In this document: one piece after another, positions 11,221 through 22,379 of the stretch
Layout: each line of letters starts with the position of its first letter
Numbering within the stretch: the stretch's first letter is position 1
Assembly (NCBI RefSeq): GCF_018350175.1
Contig: NC_058368.1
Location: 227,046,001 to 227,110,000, forward strand
Source: Felis catus
Taxonomy: Eukaryota
Direction: 5' to 3'
DNA: 64,000 bases
Program-made: the position numbers and the translations under genes
Notes under the pieces: model-generated
Databases searched by the model: none
Seen by the model: only the letters and a program-made list of their open reading frames with translations
Told to the model about the DNA's origin: nothing

Positions 11221-12029
11221 TAAAAGTGCTCAATGTTCTACTGAGCAATAAATAAATAAATTCTTTTTGGTCATCTTCCTACACGACAGAAATCACCAGC
11301 GCTATTGACAGTTTGCTGCAACTTAACCACAACCCTCACAGAGTTGTAAAATATTCTCGTCAATAGTAAATACAAGTCACACGAAGGTCTACATCCCTGA
11401 AATATTCACCGCTTCCCAGGGAGGCCTGCTGAGACAACTTTCAGCCCTACAAGGATACTACAAGGACACCTAGTAATCCCTTCTACCTATCTCCAATCTT
11501 TTAATAATTGTTTTACACTTTTCCTGGTTCTGTTAGATAACGAGCAACATTATTCCCTGAGACTCCAAGGGATTAAACCTAAAATACGCAACTAATAGAA
11601 TAAAATTCTCTCTCTTCTCAACTATTAAAGTATAATTTACATGGAAAGCGAAGTACACTTTACATACAAAGCCTATATCCCTCAACAAAAAGCAAACAAT
11701 GCCAAAGATAATCAGAATTTTAGTTGCTGAAAAGACAAATACATACTACTACGTCTCCATGACTTTTATAAACTCGATCAAGATATAAGCCAGGCATCCT
11801 GTCTATCTAGTGTTGTGCCCTCTCCTAAGAGACAAGAGCTAAAAATCATCTTCCAGCCTGATTGCACTTGAGAGGAAGTCAGAAAAACCAAAGACTATTA
11901 CACTGTAAACTCCACAACAGTTTACCAGCTTGCACAAAGTTCTGATGCCCTTTAAAGAGTACTTTTGCATCAGTTGGGAGCTCCTGCTGACAGTTTCTGA
12001 GAATAACATATAAATCAGAAGCTTTCGAA

Positions 12030-12150
12030 TGAAGGTAAGGGAAAACCTAACTCAAAGTAGCTTTAAAAAATATTTGTTGGGCCATGTAAGTCTAAGTCCA
12101 GAGGTAATGTGGAATTCGGTTTGATCGAGGCTCTCTTTCTCTGTGATTGC
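12030..12150 (-). mobile_element. MaLR LTR fragment (MLT1J/K/L-like)
   Basis: GAAAACCTAACTCAAAGTAGCTTTAAA...TTTGTTGGGCCATGTAAGTCTAAGTCCAGAGGTA. Confidence 0.6.
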
Positions 12151-12199
12151 CTCAGCCCTCTCCCGGCCTGAAAGCCCTCTCCTTGTTGACGCTCTGCTT

Positions 12200-12535
12200 A
12201 GGTTCCCTTCCCGGAGATCTCTGCACGTCTTGCCTGTTTCACATTAGAAATGGTCTTCAAGTGACGCCGTCTCAAAGAAGTCTTCTGTGAACTCCTAATC
12301 TAAGGAAGTTTCTTACTGCTCAGCACTATTCAATTAAACGAAGTTATTTTCATCAAAAGATATATCATTATCTGAACGTTCCTTGTTCTCTTATTTATCT
12401 GTTGAACCTCATCACAACTGGAATATAAGATCAACGCGAGCAGGGCTGATCGATCTGTCTTGCTCACCCCTTATCGCCAGAGCATAGAACAGTGCCTGGC
12501 ATTCAGTAAATGATCACTAAGTATTTACTGAGAGA
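12200..12535 (+). mobile_element. L2 3' end
   Basis: CTGGAATATAAGATC...TAGAACAGTGCCTGGCATTCAGTAAATG...TATTTACTGAG. Confidence 0.75.
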
Positions 12536-12700
12536 GCGGGCAAAGGAACAATTACTCACCTTTCAGGAGTCAGTTCAGACATCTTCTCTCCAGAATCTCA
12601 AGGCAAAGTTTCTAAAGATTTGAGGAAATAAAAAATATACCTCTCTCCATGTATGGTAGTAAAAATCTATGTACTGCGGAGAATAGCTCCATCCTCGCCG

Positions 12701-12780
12701 GAAAGAGAGAGAAAGCACGAGAAAGGGAGGGAGAGAGGAAGGCAGGGAAGGAGGGAGGGAGGGAGGGAGGGAGGAAGAAA
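12701..12780. repeat. Polypurine (GGGA/GGAA)n tract
   Basis: Direct reading. Confidence 0.85.
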
Positions 12781-13199
12781 TCATTATAATATATTTATAG
12801 TTTGTATCAGGGCGGCCACTTGAAAAAATAGTAGTTACAATAGATGGTTGGTATTACTATTTTTTTTCTCTCTTTATAGAATGCTAAGCTTTTTCAAGAT
12901 ATCCAATAGAAGAATTTTAGTATTTTTATAGTTGTTCTTTTTTTTTCCTTATTATAAATCTCCTATCATGCCAATTTCAATGGTGGAGTTTTGGCAACTA
13001 GGCGTCACTGTGGACTGTCATAGGAAGGTCAGCTTTCATTCAAACGAGGATGAAAACAATGAAAAGACCTTTTCTTAAAGATCTTCTTCCTTGAGGTCAA
13101 TGCTGAGCTCCACACTGTCGAATAGAAAGGCCAGGTTCTCCTGAATTCTCCTTTTCAATCTCTATCATATTGAGCAGCTATGAAAATCCAAATTTGTTC

Positions 13200-13810
13200 T
13201 TCACCTTTTGCTAGCGGTGGGTTTTAGGGTTTTTCCCCCCGAGATCGAGTGCCAGTGGAAAAAAATCATTGCTGACGTTTCTCAGGAGTACAACAGAGAC
13301 ATGGCTCGTTCAGCTCTTCCGTTGGTATCGAACAATGAACTGATCACATAAGAAGCAGATACATTTTCTACCGCTAGTCGGTGCAGCTAAATCTCCTGTC
13401 CTTACTCCTCTTAAAAGGAGCCTTGTCGTGGACAAGCAGCTTCTATCCCTATAAATTCCCAGGAGGGAAGGCCGCGTAACAAACGGCGCCTGATGAAACT
13501 ACACGACGTCAGCGTGCAACAGGAATTGGGCGGACATCAATCGGTTTTCCAGTCTCTTCCAATTTCTGTGGCCTAATTCACTCTTTTCGTTTCTTTGCGT
13601 GATTCTTCATCCCGCTGTCCTCATCATGATCCAAACCTAGTGGCCACGAGGGACAGCGCCTCCCCTGACCTCAGCCCCTCAGGTGCTTCCGCTCCATGGT
13701 TTGTTCTCATTGCCCACCTAGGGAACAATGCGAATGTCTTCTTTAGTTGTGGCGTCGCTGATCTCACAATGGCAAAGTCGGTCAGCCTCTTTTAAGGAAG
13801 TCTGCCCGCC
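13200..13810. promoter_or_regulatory. CpG-enriched promoter-like region
   Basis: About 29 CpG in 600 bp by hand count; CRE-like GACGTCA, overlapping ATTGG/GGGCGG and ZNF143-like motifs within 13445-13545. Confidence 0.45.
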
Positions 13811-14535
13811 CTGGCTCCATGTTCTCACTGTCAATACATGGCCTCACCTCTTACGTTAAGCAGAAGCATCAAGCTTGTTCGAATACCAGCATCATCTGCC
13901 TCTTCTTCACTATCTTTTCACCACCTGCCTCCTTTTCCACTGTGTCACTTCCCACGTGCCGTCTCAAACTCCCGTGCATCTTTTACACACGTCTTGTCTC
14001 CATCTGAAATGTGTGTGCGTGTGTGTGTTAAACCAGATTGTATCTTTACCAAACAGAGAGCAAAAGACAGAACTGAGGAAATATTACAGGTTAGGCTGAT
14101 AATGCACCTGGATTGTGCAATGGCCCAGTCGCATGCTAGCTGTAAGGCTTGCAAAGGTGGGCTGACCTCTCTGAGCATCGAAGTGTCACTTTCTTCCACT
14201 TTTTTTTTCTTGCCTCAAGTGGTCATTTCACAAGGCAAAGAATTCATTTTCAAAATGACACCAGCCGCGGGTGTTATATATAAGTATGCATCACCAAATC
14301 CTACACCGGAAACTAGCATTCCACTGCATGCGAACTAACTGGTATTTAAATCAAAACTGGAAGCTACAAAAAAATAAAAAATAAAATAAAATAAGACCAA
14401 CTGGAAATGCATTTCTGCCCTGCAAATAATCACGTGATTTGAAAACATGCTAAGGATTATTTTGGTAAAAGAGACAATACTTCCATTTTCTCCCTTCTCT
14501 TAGCATATCGATATGTTTCTTTAAGAAAAAATTTA

Positions 14536-14770
14536 GGGGCGCCCACCTGGGTGGCTCAGTCGGACAAGTGTCCAACTCTTGATAGCGGCTCAGGTCATGA
14601 TGTCACGGTTTGACAGATGGAGCCCCGTGTTGGGCGCTGACAGCATGGAGCCTGCTTGGGATTCTCTCTCTCCTTCTCTCCGTCCCTCCCCTGCTTGTAC
14701 GCACACATGCACACATGTGTTCACTCTCTCCCTCTCTCTAAATATAAATAAACATTAAAACAAATAAATA
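14536..14770 (+). mobile_element. Can-SINE
   Basis: GGGGCGCCCACCTGGGTGGCTCAG head, GAGCCTGCTTGGGATTC, tail. Confidence 0.95.
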
Positions 14771-14829
14771 TGTAAATTTTTTTTAAAAATTGAGTGGTTT
14801 CCCTCAGGCTTTCGTGGAACATTTTCAAC

Positions 14830-15145
14830 TAATCTGAGTCTACTCTGATTATGGTAGCACTATGTTATTTAATAACAGATAGTGTGCTAACTTAGAGCAT
14901 TCCCAATCTCTCCCTCTTGTCCTTATCACAGTGCTGGTATTCATTTCATGGAGTCACAAGATACAGGTACCCAATACATTGTTACTGTTATTATTTTGAA
15001 CAGTTGTCTATTAGAGCAATTAAGAATAAGAAAAAGAAAAGATTATATCTTGCCTTCACAAATTCCTTCTCTAACCATCTCTAAGATTGTCTTTTCTTCA
15101 TGTCCAAGCTTCTCACCTGTGTCATTTTCCTTCCCTGTGAAGAAC
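14830..15145 (-). mobile_element. Old L1 (L1MC/MD-like) ORF1-end / inter-ORF fragment
   Basis: TTAAGAATAAGAAAA...CCTTCACAAATTCCTTCTCTAA...TCATTTTCCTTCCCTGTGAAGAAC. Confidence 0.6.
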
Positions 15146-15425
15146 ACCAAATGTTGGCCCAGATGCGGAGCCACGGGAACTCTCCTTCACTGCTGGCGGA
15201 AATGCAAAACGGTGGAGTCACGTACAGTTTGGGCAATGCCTTACGAAACTAGACCTAGACGTACCATGCAATGCGACAACCGTGATCCTTGGTATTTACC
15301 CAAGTGTGTTGAAAATCTGTTCCCACAAAAACCTGCATTCAAGTGTTTTCGGCATCCTCATTCGTAACTGCCAAAAACTGGTAGCCATCAAGACGTCCAT
15401 CAGAAGGTAATGGAATAACAAATGA
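15146..15425 (+). mobile_element. Old L1 (L1MC/MD-like) ORF2 3' fragment
   Basis: Translates NTKCWPRCGATGTLLHCWRKCK, the L1 ORF2 Cys-rich motif. Confidence 0.85.
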
Positions 15426-15437
15426 AATTAATTTTAA

Positions 15438-16250
15438 TGTCTCATTGTGCTTTGTCACTTGTACTAAGAAATATACATATATATTTAGCCTTCATTCTTG
15501 TTCCTAGCACAGAACTCCTCAAATTGAGAATTTCCTAAGTAGTGAGAGCGACAAAGGTGTCTTTTGTTCTGTCAATGAGGTGACTTTTGGACTGCGCCTA
15601 AAGAAAGGGACTGGTTGGCAAGGAACCAACCCTGTGACCAAGGAGGAGGAAAGAGGGACTAGAGGTTGAATTAGTCACCAATGACCAGTGACTTAATCAA
15701 CCGTGCCTGTGAAATGAAACCTCCATAAAACCCCAGAAAGATGGGTTCCGAGAGCTTCCACGCTGGTTAACACACAGAGAAGTGGGGAGCATGATGTCCT
15801 CAAGGGCATGGAATCTCCATACCCTTCCCGCATTCCTTGCTCTGTGCATCTCTCTCCCATTTGGCTATTTCTGAATTATATCTTTTTATAATAAACTGGA
15901 GATCTAGTAATTAAAATTGTCCCTCTGAGTTTTGTGAGCTGCTCTAGCAAATTAATCCAACGTAATGTGGAGGGGGGGAGGGGCGGGTGGATGGTTCCTG
16001 GAAAACTTTGATTTATAGCCAGTCAGAAGCACAAGGTGACAGCCTGGGTTGGCATCCCAGGGGCAGGGGGCACTTTTGTAAGACAGAAACCTTCACCTGT
16101 GGGATCTGATGCTGTCTCTGGGTAGATAGTGCCGGAACTGAGTTGAACTGTAGGACACCCAACCAGTGACCAGGGTAGGATTGTTGGATGTGTAGGGAAA
16201 AATCCTCTCTCCAAGCAATAGAATTGGTGACCAGAACTAATACTTCTACA
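15438..16250 (+). mobile_element. MER21-family LTR
   Basis: TAAGAAATATA...GAAACCTCCATAAAACCCC...AATAAACTGG...CTGTGGGATCTGATGCT; homologous to 45625-46365. Confidence 0.85.
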
Positions 16251-17389
16251 AGAAAACTGTTAGCAATAAATACATGAAAGATCACTTTTGCAGCAATATT
16301 TAAATCCATCATGAAAAGTTGTTAGCATATAATCACAAGCACAAAGCACAATTAAAAGAGTAAATATGGCTTCACATCACTTTTAAGCCAGTGTCAACAA
16401 TGCACCAAAAGGTGAAACTCGTTGTAAAAGAAGAGATTTGAGGAAGCCCTTTGATGTAGACATTTGCAGATCTGTTTTAGGTTAAAGAGAGAGAACAAGC
16501 GTAAAGTGTGTTTTTATCAAACTAAACCTTTGAACGGCATAATTTAATAAGCCCAAAAGTGTATTGAAAAACTGATTGAGAAACTGAGGTCTGTTTACAG
16601 CTGGCTGAGAGAATAAATATTCAATATTTCGTCCTTGTAATGGTGGTCCTCTGTGAAAACATGTCAGTTTGCAACAGACTCGATAGAAAATAGCTGGTGA
16701 GGAAAAGGAGGAGGAAAAAGATCAGTGAGTGTTTTAGTGGATATAGGGTCAACGGGATAATTGAACTTGAAAGCAAGTGTGGAGCCAAATCAGTGAAGAC
16801 AAAGCTGCTGGAGTGGTGCTTCTCAAACTCCAGGCCATTAAGAACGAGTGCATGAGTCCTCGTGTCATCATTCACTAAGAACAGAGTGCTTGCCTCTTGA
16901 TTTTCTCATTGTGTTCGATGAGGTGGTAAAAATGGGCACTTTGGTAGAACAAACAAGATGACAAAAAAAAAAAAATGAGTGCTTAGAGACATCTTTAATG
17001 AAATGGGAAATGACTTTGAGAACTTACTCTGGACGACAGAAAATGTATCGAGAAATGTCGACTGACTGATAAGAGCCAAGGAAGGCAAAGCCAAGATGAC
17101 ATTTAAGAAGGCCGTAGGAAAGAAATAGAGGAGGTGATTTTAAGACTCCAGTCTTGCAAGGACGAGAATGATGGGGGGCAGGGGTGAAAAGGGGGCCTGA
17201 AATCCAGGAAGGATTCCTCTCTTCCCTTCCCTCCTCCAGCCTAGATGGGAGCCAAAGATGGAGAGCCCCAGAAGCTAGATGATCCCGACATCTGAAATAT
17301 TCGGAACTGTCAGTAGAAGTTATCATTCTTTACAGGTTCCAAATATGATCCATTTTACCAGCTGAGAGCCCTTATGTGAAAGAGTTTGA

Positions 17390-17875
17390 GAAACCTTGAG
17401 AAACTTTCAGGAAGACCCCTCTTCTGTGCCCACCTCCAAGATACCCACCATCATTGATGAAGATGAAGTGCTTAGAGAATGTTAGCCATCTCGCTCCCTT
17501 GGTCAACCTCTTTCTGTCCAAAGGACCCATGAACAAATGGCAGCTCAATGGACTTTGCATGGCCTGGAAAATCATGATAATAACGAGAGTCTCCTCTCTG
17601 CGGCCAACCTGATCACAACTGCTGCAAGCTCCTGATATTCCAGCAGCAGTGACCTGAGATATGGCACCACACTTCAAGGAGACAAGTCCTCGTGGTATAT
17701 CAAACACACATCAGTGCTTCTCCTAAGGAAGGGGGAGCCATTGGACTGAGAGCATAGCTCCCACACTTGGAAATTCACCCCACATTCACATCCACTCACA
17801 TTTCCCCACAGGCTGCTCCCAGCCAAAGGCTGAGCATGCAAGGATGTATTAACCATGTGCATGTATGGTCCTGAG
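17390..17875 (+). mobile_element. Decayed ERVL/MaLR-type internal pol fragment (integrase N-terminus)
   Basis: Frameshifted translation QRTHEQ...FAW...ANLITTAA...FQQQ*P..RYGTTLQGDK parallels ERVL integrase QWAHEQ...YAW...ADLATATA..CQQQRP..RYGTIPRGDQ. Confidence 0.75.
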
Positions 17876-17973
17876 AAAAGTTATAAAATTGTGTACAAAA
17901 AAATGTTTTAATGTAAAGAAAATTAAATTTGAGAGTTAGTTAAAAAAAAGTAGATCATGGGAACTGACTGTTG

Positions 17974-18157
17974 GTTCACGTCTTCTGCCCATTTTTCAAT
18001 TGGATTATTTGGTTTTTGGTGTTGAGTTATATAAGTTCTTTGTATATTTTGGATAGTAACCCCTTACAAGAAAACATCATTTGCAAATATCTTCTCCCAT
18101 TCAGTGGGTTGACTTTTTGTTTTGTTGACTGTTTCTTTTGCTGTGCGGGAACTTTTT
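17974..18157 (-). mobile_element. L1 ORF2 fragment
   Basis: TCTTCTGCCCATTTTT...TATATTTTGGATAGTAACCCCTTA...TTTGCAAATATCTTCTCCCATTC. Confidence 0.9.
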
Positions 18158-18224
18158 ATGCATTTTAATCTGATTAAAAATATCAGTGGCAAAGTAGAAG
18201 ATCAAAAACAACAAGTTTATTCTG

Positions 18225-18336
18225 AAAAAAAAAAAAACTCCTCTGAGGAGTGCTTTGGAAAAAAAAAAAAAAAAAAAACTCCTCTGAGGAGTGCTTTGGA
18301 AAAAAAAAAAAAAAAAACTCCTCTGAGGAGTGTTTC
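18225..18336. repeat. Three-unit tandem repeat: poly-A plus palindrome ACTCCTCTGAGGAGT
   Basis: Palindromes at 18237-18251, 18278-18292 and 18317-18331, preceded by A13, A20 and A18. Confidence 0.95.
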
Positions 18337-18797
18337 GTGAGGCAACAAAAGAGACCCGACTCATGAATCAGAAATTATTCCAGTCTGCATATCATTCAAC
18401 CCGGCTGCCTCTCAGGGAGGAACTCTTATCAAAATGTCCACAAATAGCAACCTAAGGATCACTACTCTTCACCTCTCTGGCAACGTTTGGACTTCTCTCT
18501 CCAGAGATTGCTCTGATGGAATTTTTACAAGAATGGAGAAAAAAAAATGCTACGTATATTTATATATTTCAAGTCTTGAGTTATTGAAATATTATGACAC
18601 CAAAAAGCAGCAGTGAAATTGCCTGAAAGGCACACACCTAATGTATCACTTCACTACTCTTCAAACTCAGCCTCGCCCTCTACAACTGATAAATTCAATA
18701 CCATAATATTTTATGCATAAACCAGCCACCCAATAAAACAGGGTTTCAGGCAGGAAACACTTTTGTCCATGTCTATTTTTTTTTCCTGAGAGTATTT

Positions 18798-19008
18798 GTT
18801 TTAATTTTTTTTAATGTTTATTTATTTTTGAGACAGAACATGAGTGGGGGAAAAACAGGGAGAGAGACACACACACATAGAATCCGAAGCAGGCTCCAGG
18901 CTCCGAGCTGTCAGCACAGAGCCCGATGCGGGCTCGAACCCACAAACCACCAGATCATGACCTGAGCCGAAGTCGGACATTCGACCAACTAAGCCACCCA
19001 GGCGTCCC
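18798..19008 (-). mobile_element. Can-SINE (feliform type)
   Basis: Perfect TSD TCCTGAGAGTATTT at 18784-18797 and 19009-19022. Confidence 0.97.
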
Positions 19009-19812
19009 TCCTGAGAGTATTTTAAAATATTTTTACAGTTAGAGAAATACAGAACGATTTGGATGTGACAGTCACGTGTGAATTTTTACGACCAAGCACA
19101 AAACTTCAAAAGAGTTATCTCAGTTGCTGTCCCGGGTCTCACAGCAGGCCCCTGATTTCCCAGAGTTCAAGTTCAGGTCTTATCACTAGGTATACTTCAG
19201 TGAAAAGTTGTAAGAAGCAGATATTTATGGAATGTGTCTTGATGTTGTGAGCCATGAGGAGCCATTTAAAGTTCAGAGTAAAAGAATTAAATCAGCCTAT
19301 GAGGAGAATCAGTGAAAGAAAGGAAATTCTGGAAATGCAACGGTTTGGGTTTAAGATGAAGATTCCTTGCAGAGGGGCATGTTCAGGGGAGATAAAGGAA
19401 GAAATTAATCCCTTCTGAAGATTTCTAATCATTTATTTCCACTCTATGCCCACGAAGTTAACACCCCAGTCTCTGACAAGCTCTTATCAAACTCCACTCC
19501 AGCCATCAATCCTTTGCTACAACCCTCTCTTTACAAGCCTTCATCCTTCAAAGTCATTACAGAAAAGCATCAGAGTTATGAAAAGTGAACACAGGACTCC
19601 ATTGTTCCAAACACCTCTTTTTCTTAGCTCTGTCCACGTATCGCAGAGCACAAGTGTTAGCAAAGATCTTTAAAATCTTGAATTCCTTCTAGGGAGTGTG
19701 ACCTCAATCTTCCAAATAAATTCCCAGGCACCACTGAAGCTAATTGGGCCTAATGTCATGTCGAAAACTACCCAAGTGGCTTTCTTATACTTCTCTGTGC
19801 CCACCTTTTGTT

Positions 19813-19866
19813 CAAAAAACAAAACGAAACAAAACGAAACGAAACAAAGCAAAACAAAACAAAACA
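19813..19866. repeat. (CAAAA/CGAAA)n pentanucleotide repeat
   Basis: Direct reading. Confidence 0.85.
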
Positions 19867-19989
19867 TGATAATTTTATCTTTGGAACAAACACAAAGAAC
19901 CTTCATCATATTCCTCCTGTTCTCCCGCCCGTCACATCTCCCTCTACATGTTGCAAACTGTGCTATAGAAAACGTTAGGTAGATGATTT

Positions 19990-20402
19990 GGAGCACCTGG
20001 GTGGCTCAATCAGTGAGCATCTGATTCTTCAACGTCTTTTATTTATTTTTGGGACAGAGAGAGACAGAGCATGAACGGGGGAGGGGCAGAGAGAGAGGGA
20101 GACACAGAATCGGAAACAGGCTCCAGGCTCCGAGCCATCAGCCCAGAGCCTGACGCGGGGCTCGAACTCACGGACCGCGAGATCGTGACCTGGCTGAAGT
20201 CGGACGCTTAACCGACGGCGCCACCCAGGCGCCCCAGCGAGCATCTGATTCTTAATTTCAGCTCAGGTCATGATTCCAGGGTCATGGGATCAAGCCCCAC
20301 GTCTGGCACCGAGCATGGAGCCTATTTGGTATTCTGTCTCTCTTTTTCTCTCTTACTGTCTCTCTCCTTCTCTCTCTCCTCCCTGCCCCCTCCCCTGCTA
20401 GT

Positions 20403-20434
<32 letters not shown>

Positions 20435-20445
20435 AAATAATACAA
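19990..20445 (+). mobile_element. Older Can-SINE, interrupted at 20030-20235
   Basis: Head 19990-20029 continues at 20254 with AATTTCAGCTCAGGTCATGAT; CT tract and tail follow. Confidence 0.93.
20030..20235 (-). mobile_element. Young SINEC_Fc-type Can-SINE nested in a SINE
   Basis: Diagnostic TGGCTGAAGTCGGAC and GCCATCAGCCCAGAGCC, CpGs intact; TSD AG(T/C)GAGCATCTGATTCTT. Confidence 0.97.
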
Positions 20446-20487
20446 TACAATAATTTTATCTACATGATAGAGAGTGAAGATAATAGA

Positions 20488-20550
20488 TATATACATACAT
20501 ACACACACATACATATACACACACACACACGTATATACACACACATATAC
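20488..20550. repeat. (TA/CA)n compound microsatellite
   Basis: Direct reading. Confidence 0.8.
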
Positions 20551-20745
20551 CTCATAGGAGGGACAGAGAGAGAAAGGGAGAGATAATGTACATGTATATG
20601 CATACATACAAACCAGGATATGAGGACTAGAGATAAAATGTGGGTAAATAACCATGCTTATTTGACTTAGTAAAAGTAGAAATGTTTGAATTTTCAATCC
20701 TTCTCTGTTATTTAGTGGTGAACAATTCCTCAGGTTGTCTCGGAA

Positions 20746-20953
20746 ACGTGCTTTCCAATAGATTGGCCACCAGCCACATGTAGCTATGTACATTTAAATT
20801 TAAATTAATTAAGTTATGGAAGAATCAAAATTCAGTTCCCCATCTGCACAATCTGCATTTCAAATGCTCAATAATCTCACTTGTTCAGTGCAACTGAATA
20901 TGGCATCACAGATACAAAGCACCTATATCATTGCTGTCCTTTGGACAGCAGCT
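20746..20953. mobile_element. hAT-Charlie MITE (MER3/MER33-like)
   Basis: GTGCTTTCCAATAG...GCCACCAGCCACATGTAGCTA...TTTCAAATGCTCAATA...TTGGACAGCA termini. Confidence 0.75.
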
Positions 20954-21034
20954 GTCTCGCAATTTTTTTCGCACACATGTGTTTCTATCATTAAAAAAAG
21001 GACTTCATTGGACATACCAGAGCCGAAACATTCT

Positions 21035-21236
21035 CTTTTTTTAATTTTTTAATGCTTTTTTATTCCTTTTTGAGAGAGACAGAACGTGAGGGGGGGAGGG
21101 AGAAAAGAATCTTAAGCAGGCTCCAGGCTCTGAGGTGTCAGCACAGAGCCTGATGTGGGGCTTGAACCCACAGACCGTGAGATCGTGACCTGAGCCGAAG
21201 TCGGACGCTTAACTGACTGAGCCACCCAGGCGCCCC
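21035..21236 (-). mobile_element. Can-SINE
   Basis: TSD AGAGCCGAAA(C/T)ATTCT at 21019-21034 and 21238-21253. Confidence 0.96.
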
Positions 21237-21396
21237 TAGAGCCGAAATATTCTTTTCTCAGAAGGAAAATCACTTTTGTCATACTCATGTAGAAACTCTA
21301 AGCTACTCTACTGATCAATTTTGAATCACCAGGAAATAAAATTACAAAAAGCAGAGCTCAAAACCTTTGGACTTCAAATTCCCATTCTCTCCTATA

Positions 21397-21520
21397 ATCA
21401 TTGAATCATGGGGCTGAAATAGATCTTAAAGGTCATCAGATCCAATCATCCTTTCCATGCTTGCCATTGACCCCTACCAAAATGCAATCTAGCCCGTACT
21501 TGAAAACCTTCAATAAGACT
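21397..21520 (-). mobile_element. L3/CR1 LINE 3' remnant
   Basis: ATCATTGAATCATGGGGCTGAAATAGATCTTAAAGGTCATCAGATCCAA...CTAGCCCGTACTTGAAAACCTTCAAT. Confidence 0.5.
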
Positions 21521-22379
21521 TAGCCCCCAGGATAAACCAAACCCAGACAAGATGCCCAGCCCAGGGAACTGTTAAATCAACAGCACTAATTATAGAATCA
21601 CAGGTCTTGGTTGTTCATGGTTTGCTGCTTGCGATTTTCTTAAGTTGCCACTCCGCTGAGGGCGGTATGACTCTCCTTTAGACACTTATTTAAAAGTAAA
21701 GAAATAGCCTCTGCCCAAAATGTCACTTGGCAGCCCTTTTAAAAAAGACACAGCCACTTTTCCTAAAGCACTTTTGCTTTGACAAAGCACTTGCTTGCTC
21801 GACAAAACGCTCTTATCCTTTGCGAATTCTTCACCCAGCCCATGGCAAGCTCACTCTAGACTCTCGACCCTCTTCCCTGCCCCCACTTTTTATGTTAAAG
21901 TGGAGCGTGTACTGCTTGGACAGAGACACCAGAAGTCTTCCTTTTCCCTGGGCCCACTCCTGGATGGAATGTGGCTATGATGAATAATGAGGACTGAATT
22001 TGACTTACTTGTGTTTGCCTCACAATCAAGGAAAACAATAGAATGTTCACGGATGGGAGCTGAACAGAGTATGAGCTATTATAAAAGGGGATAATGTCTT
22101 TTTGTCTTTTTGTGTTTAGAAAGTCCCAGCCATTATAAAGATACCGTCAGGTTTTCCTAATGGAATTATCATGGTTTAGTTATTTCATGCCAGTAAATCT
22201 GCCTCCTTCATGGCATAGCAGTCTAGAAAATTTCTGGTTAAGAGAAAAGTGGACCTGTGCCTCTTCGGCAGTCCATAGATCATAATTAGTATTTGCAAGC
22301 CTATAAATAAAATCCAAAGAGTTTCTTCAAATACACGGCAGTAGATTGGGTCAAGAATACAATCTGTTCCCCACAAGGT

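Noticed and set aside
13076..13162. Minus frame RLKRRIQENLAFLFDSVELSIDLKEEDL as a pseudogene fragment
   Set aside because: Short, bounded by stops, no family recognised; would need tBLASTn
13641..13659. CTCF-like TGGCCACGAGGGACAGC
   Set aside because: Lacks the near-invariant GG of the core's right half
18225..18336. CRISPR-like array (palindromic repeats at about 40-bp period)
   Set aside because: Spacers are poly-A rather than unique, the DNA is mammalian and there are no cas genes
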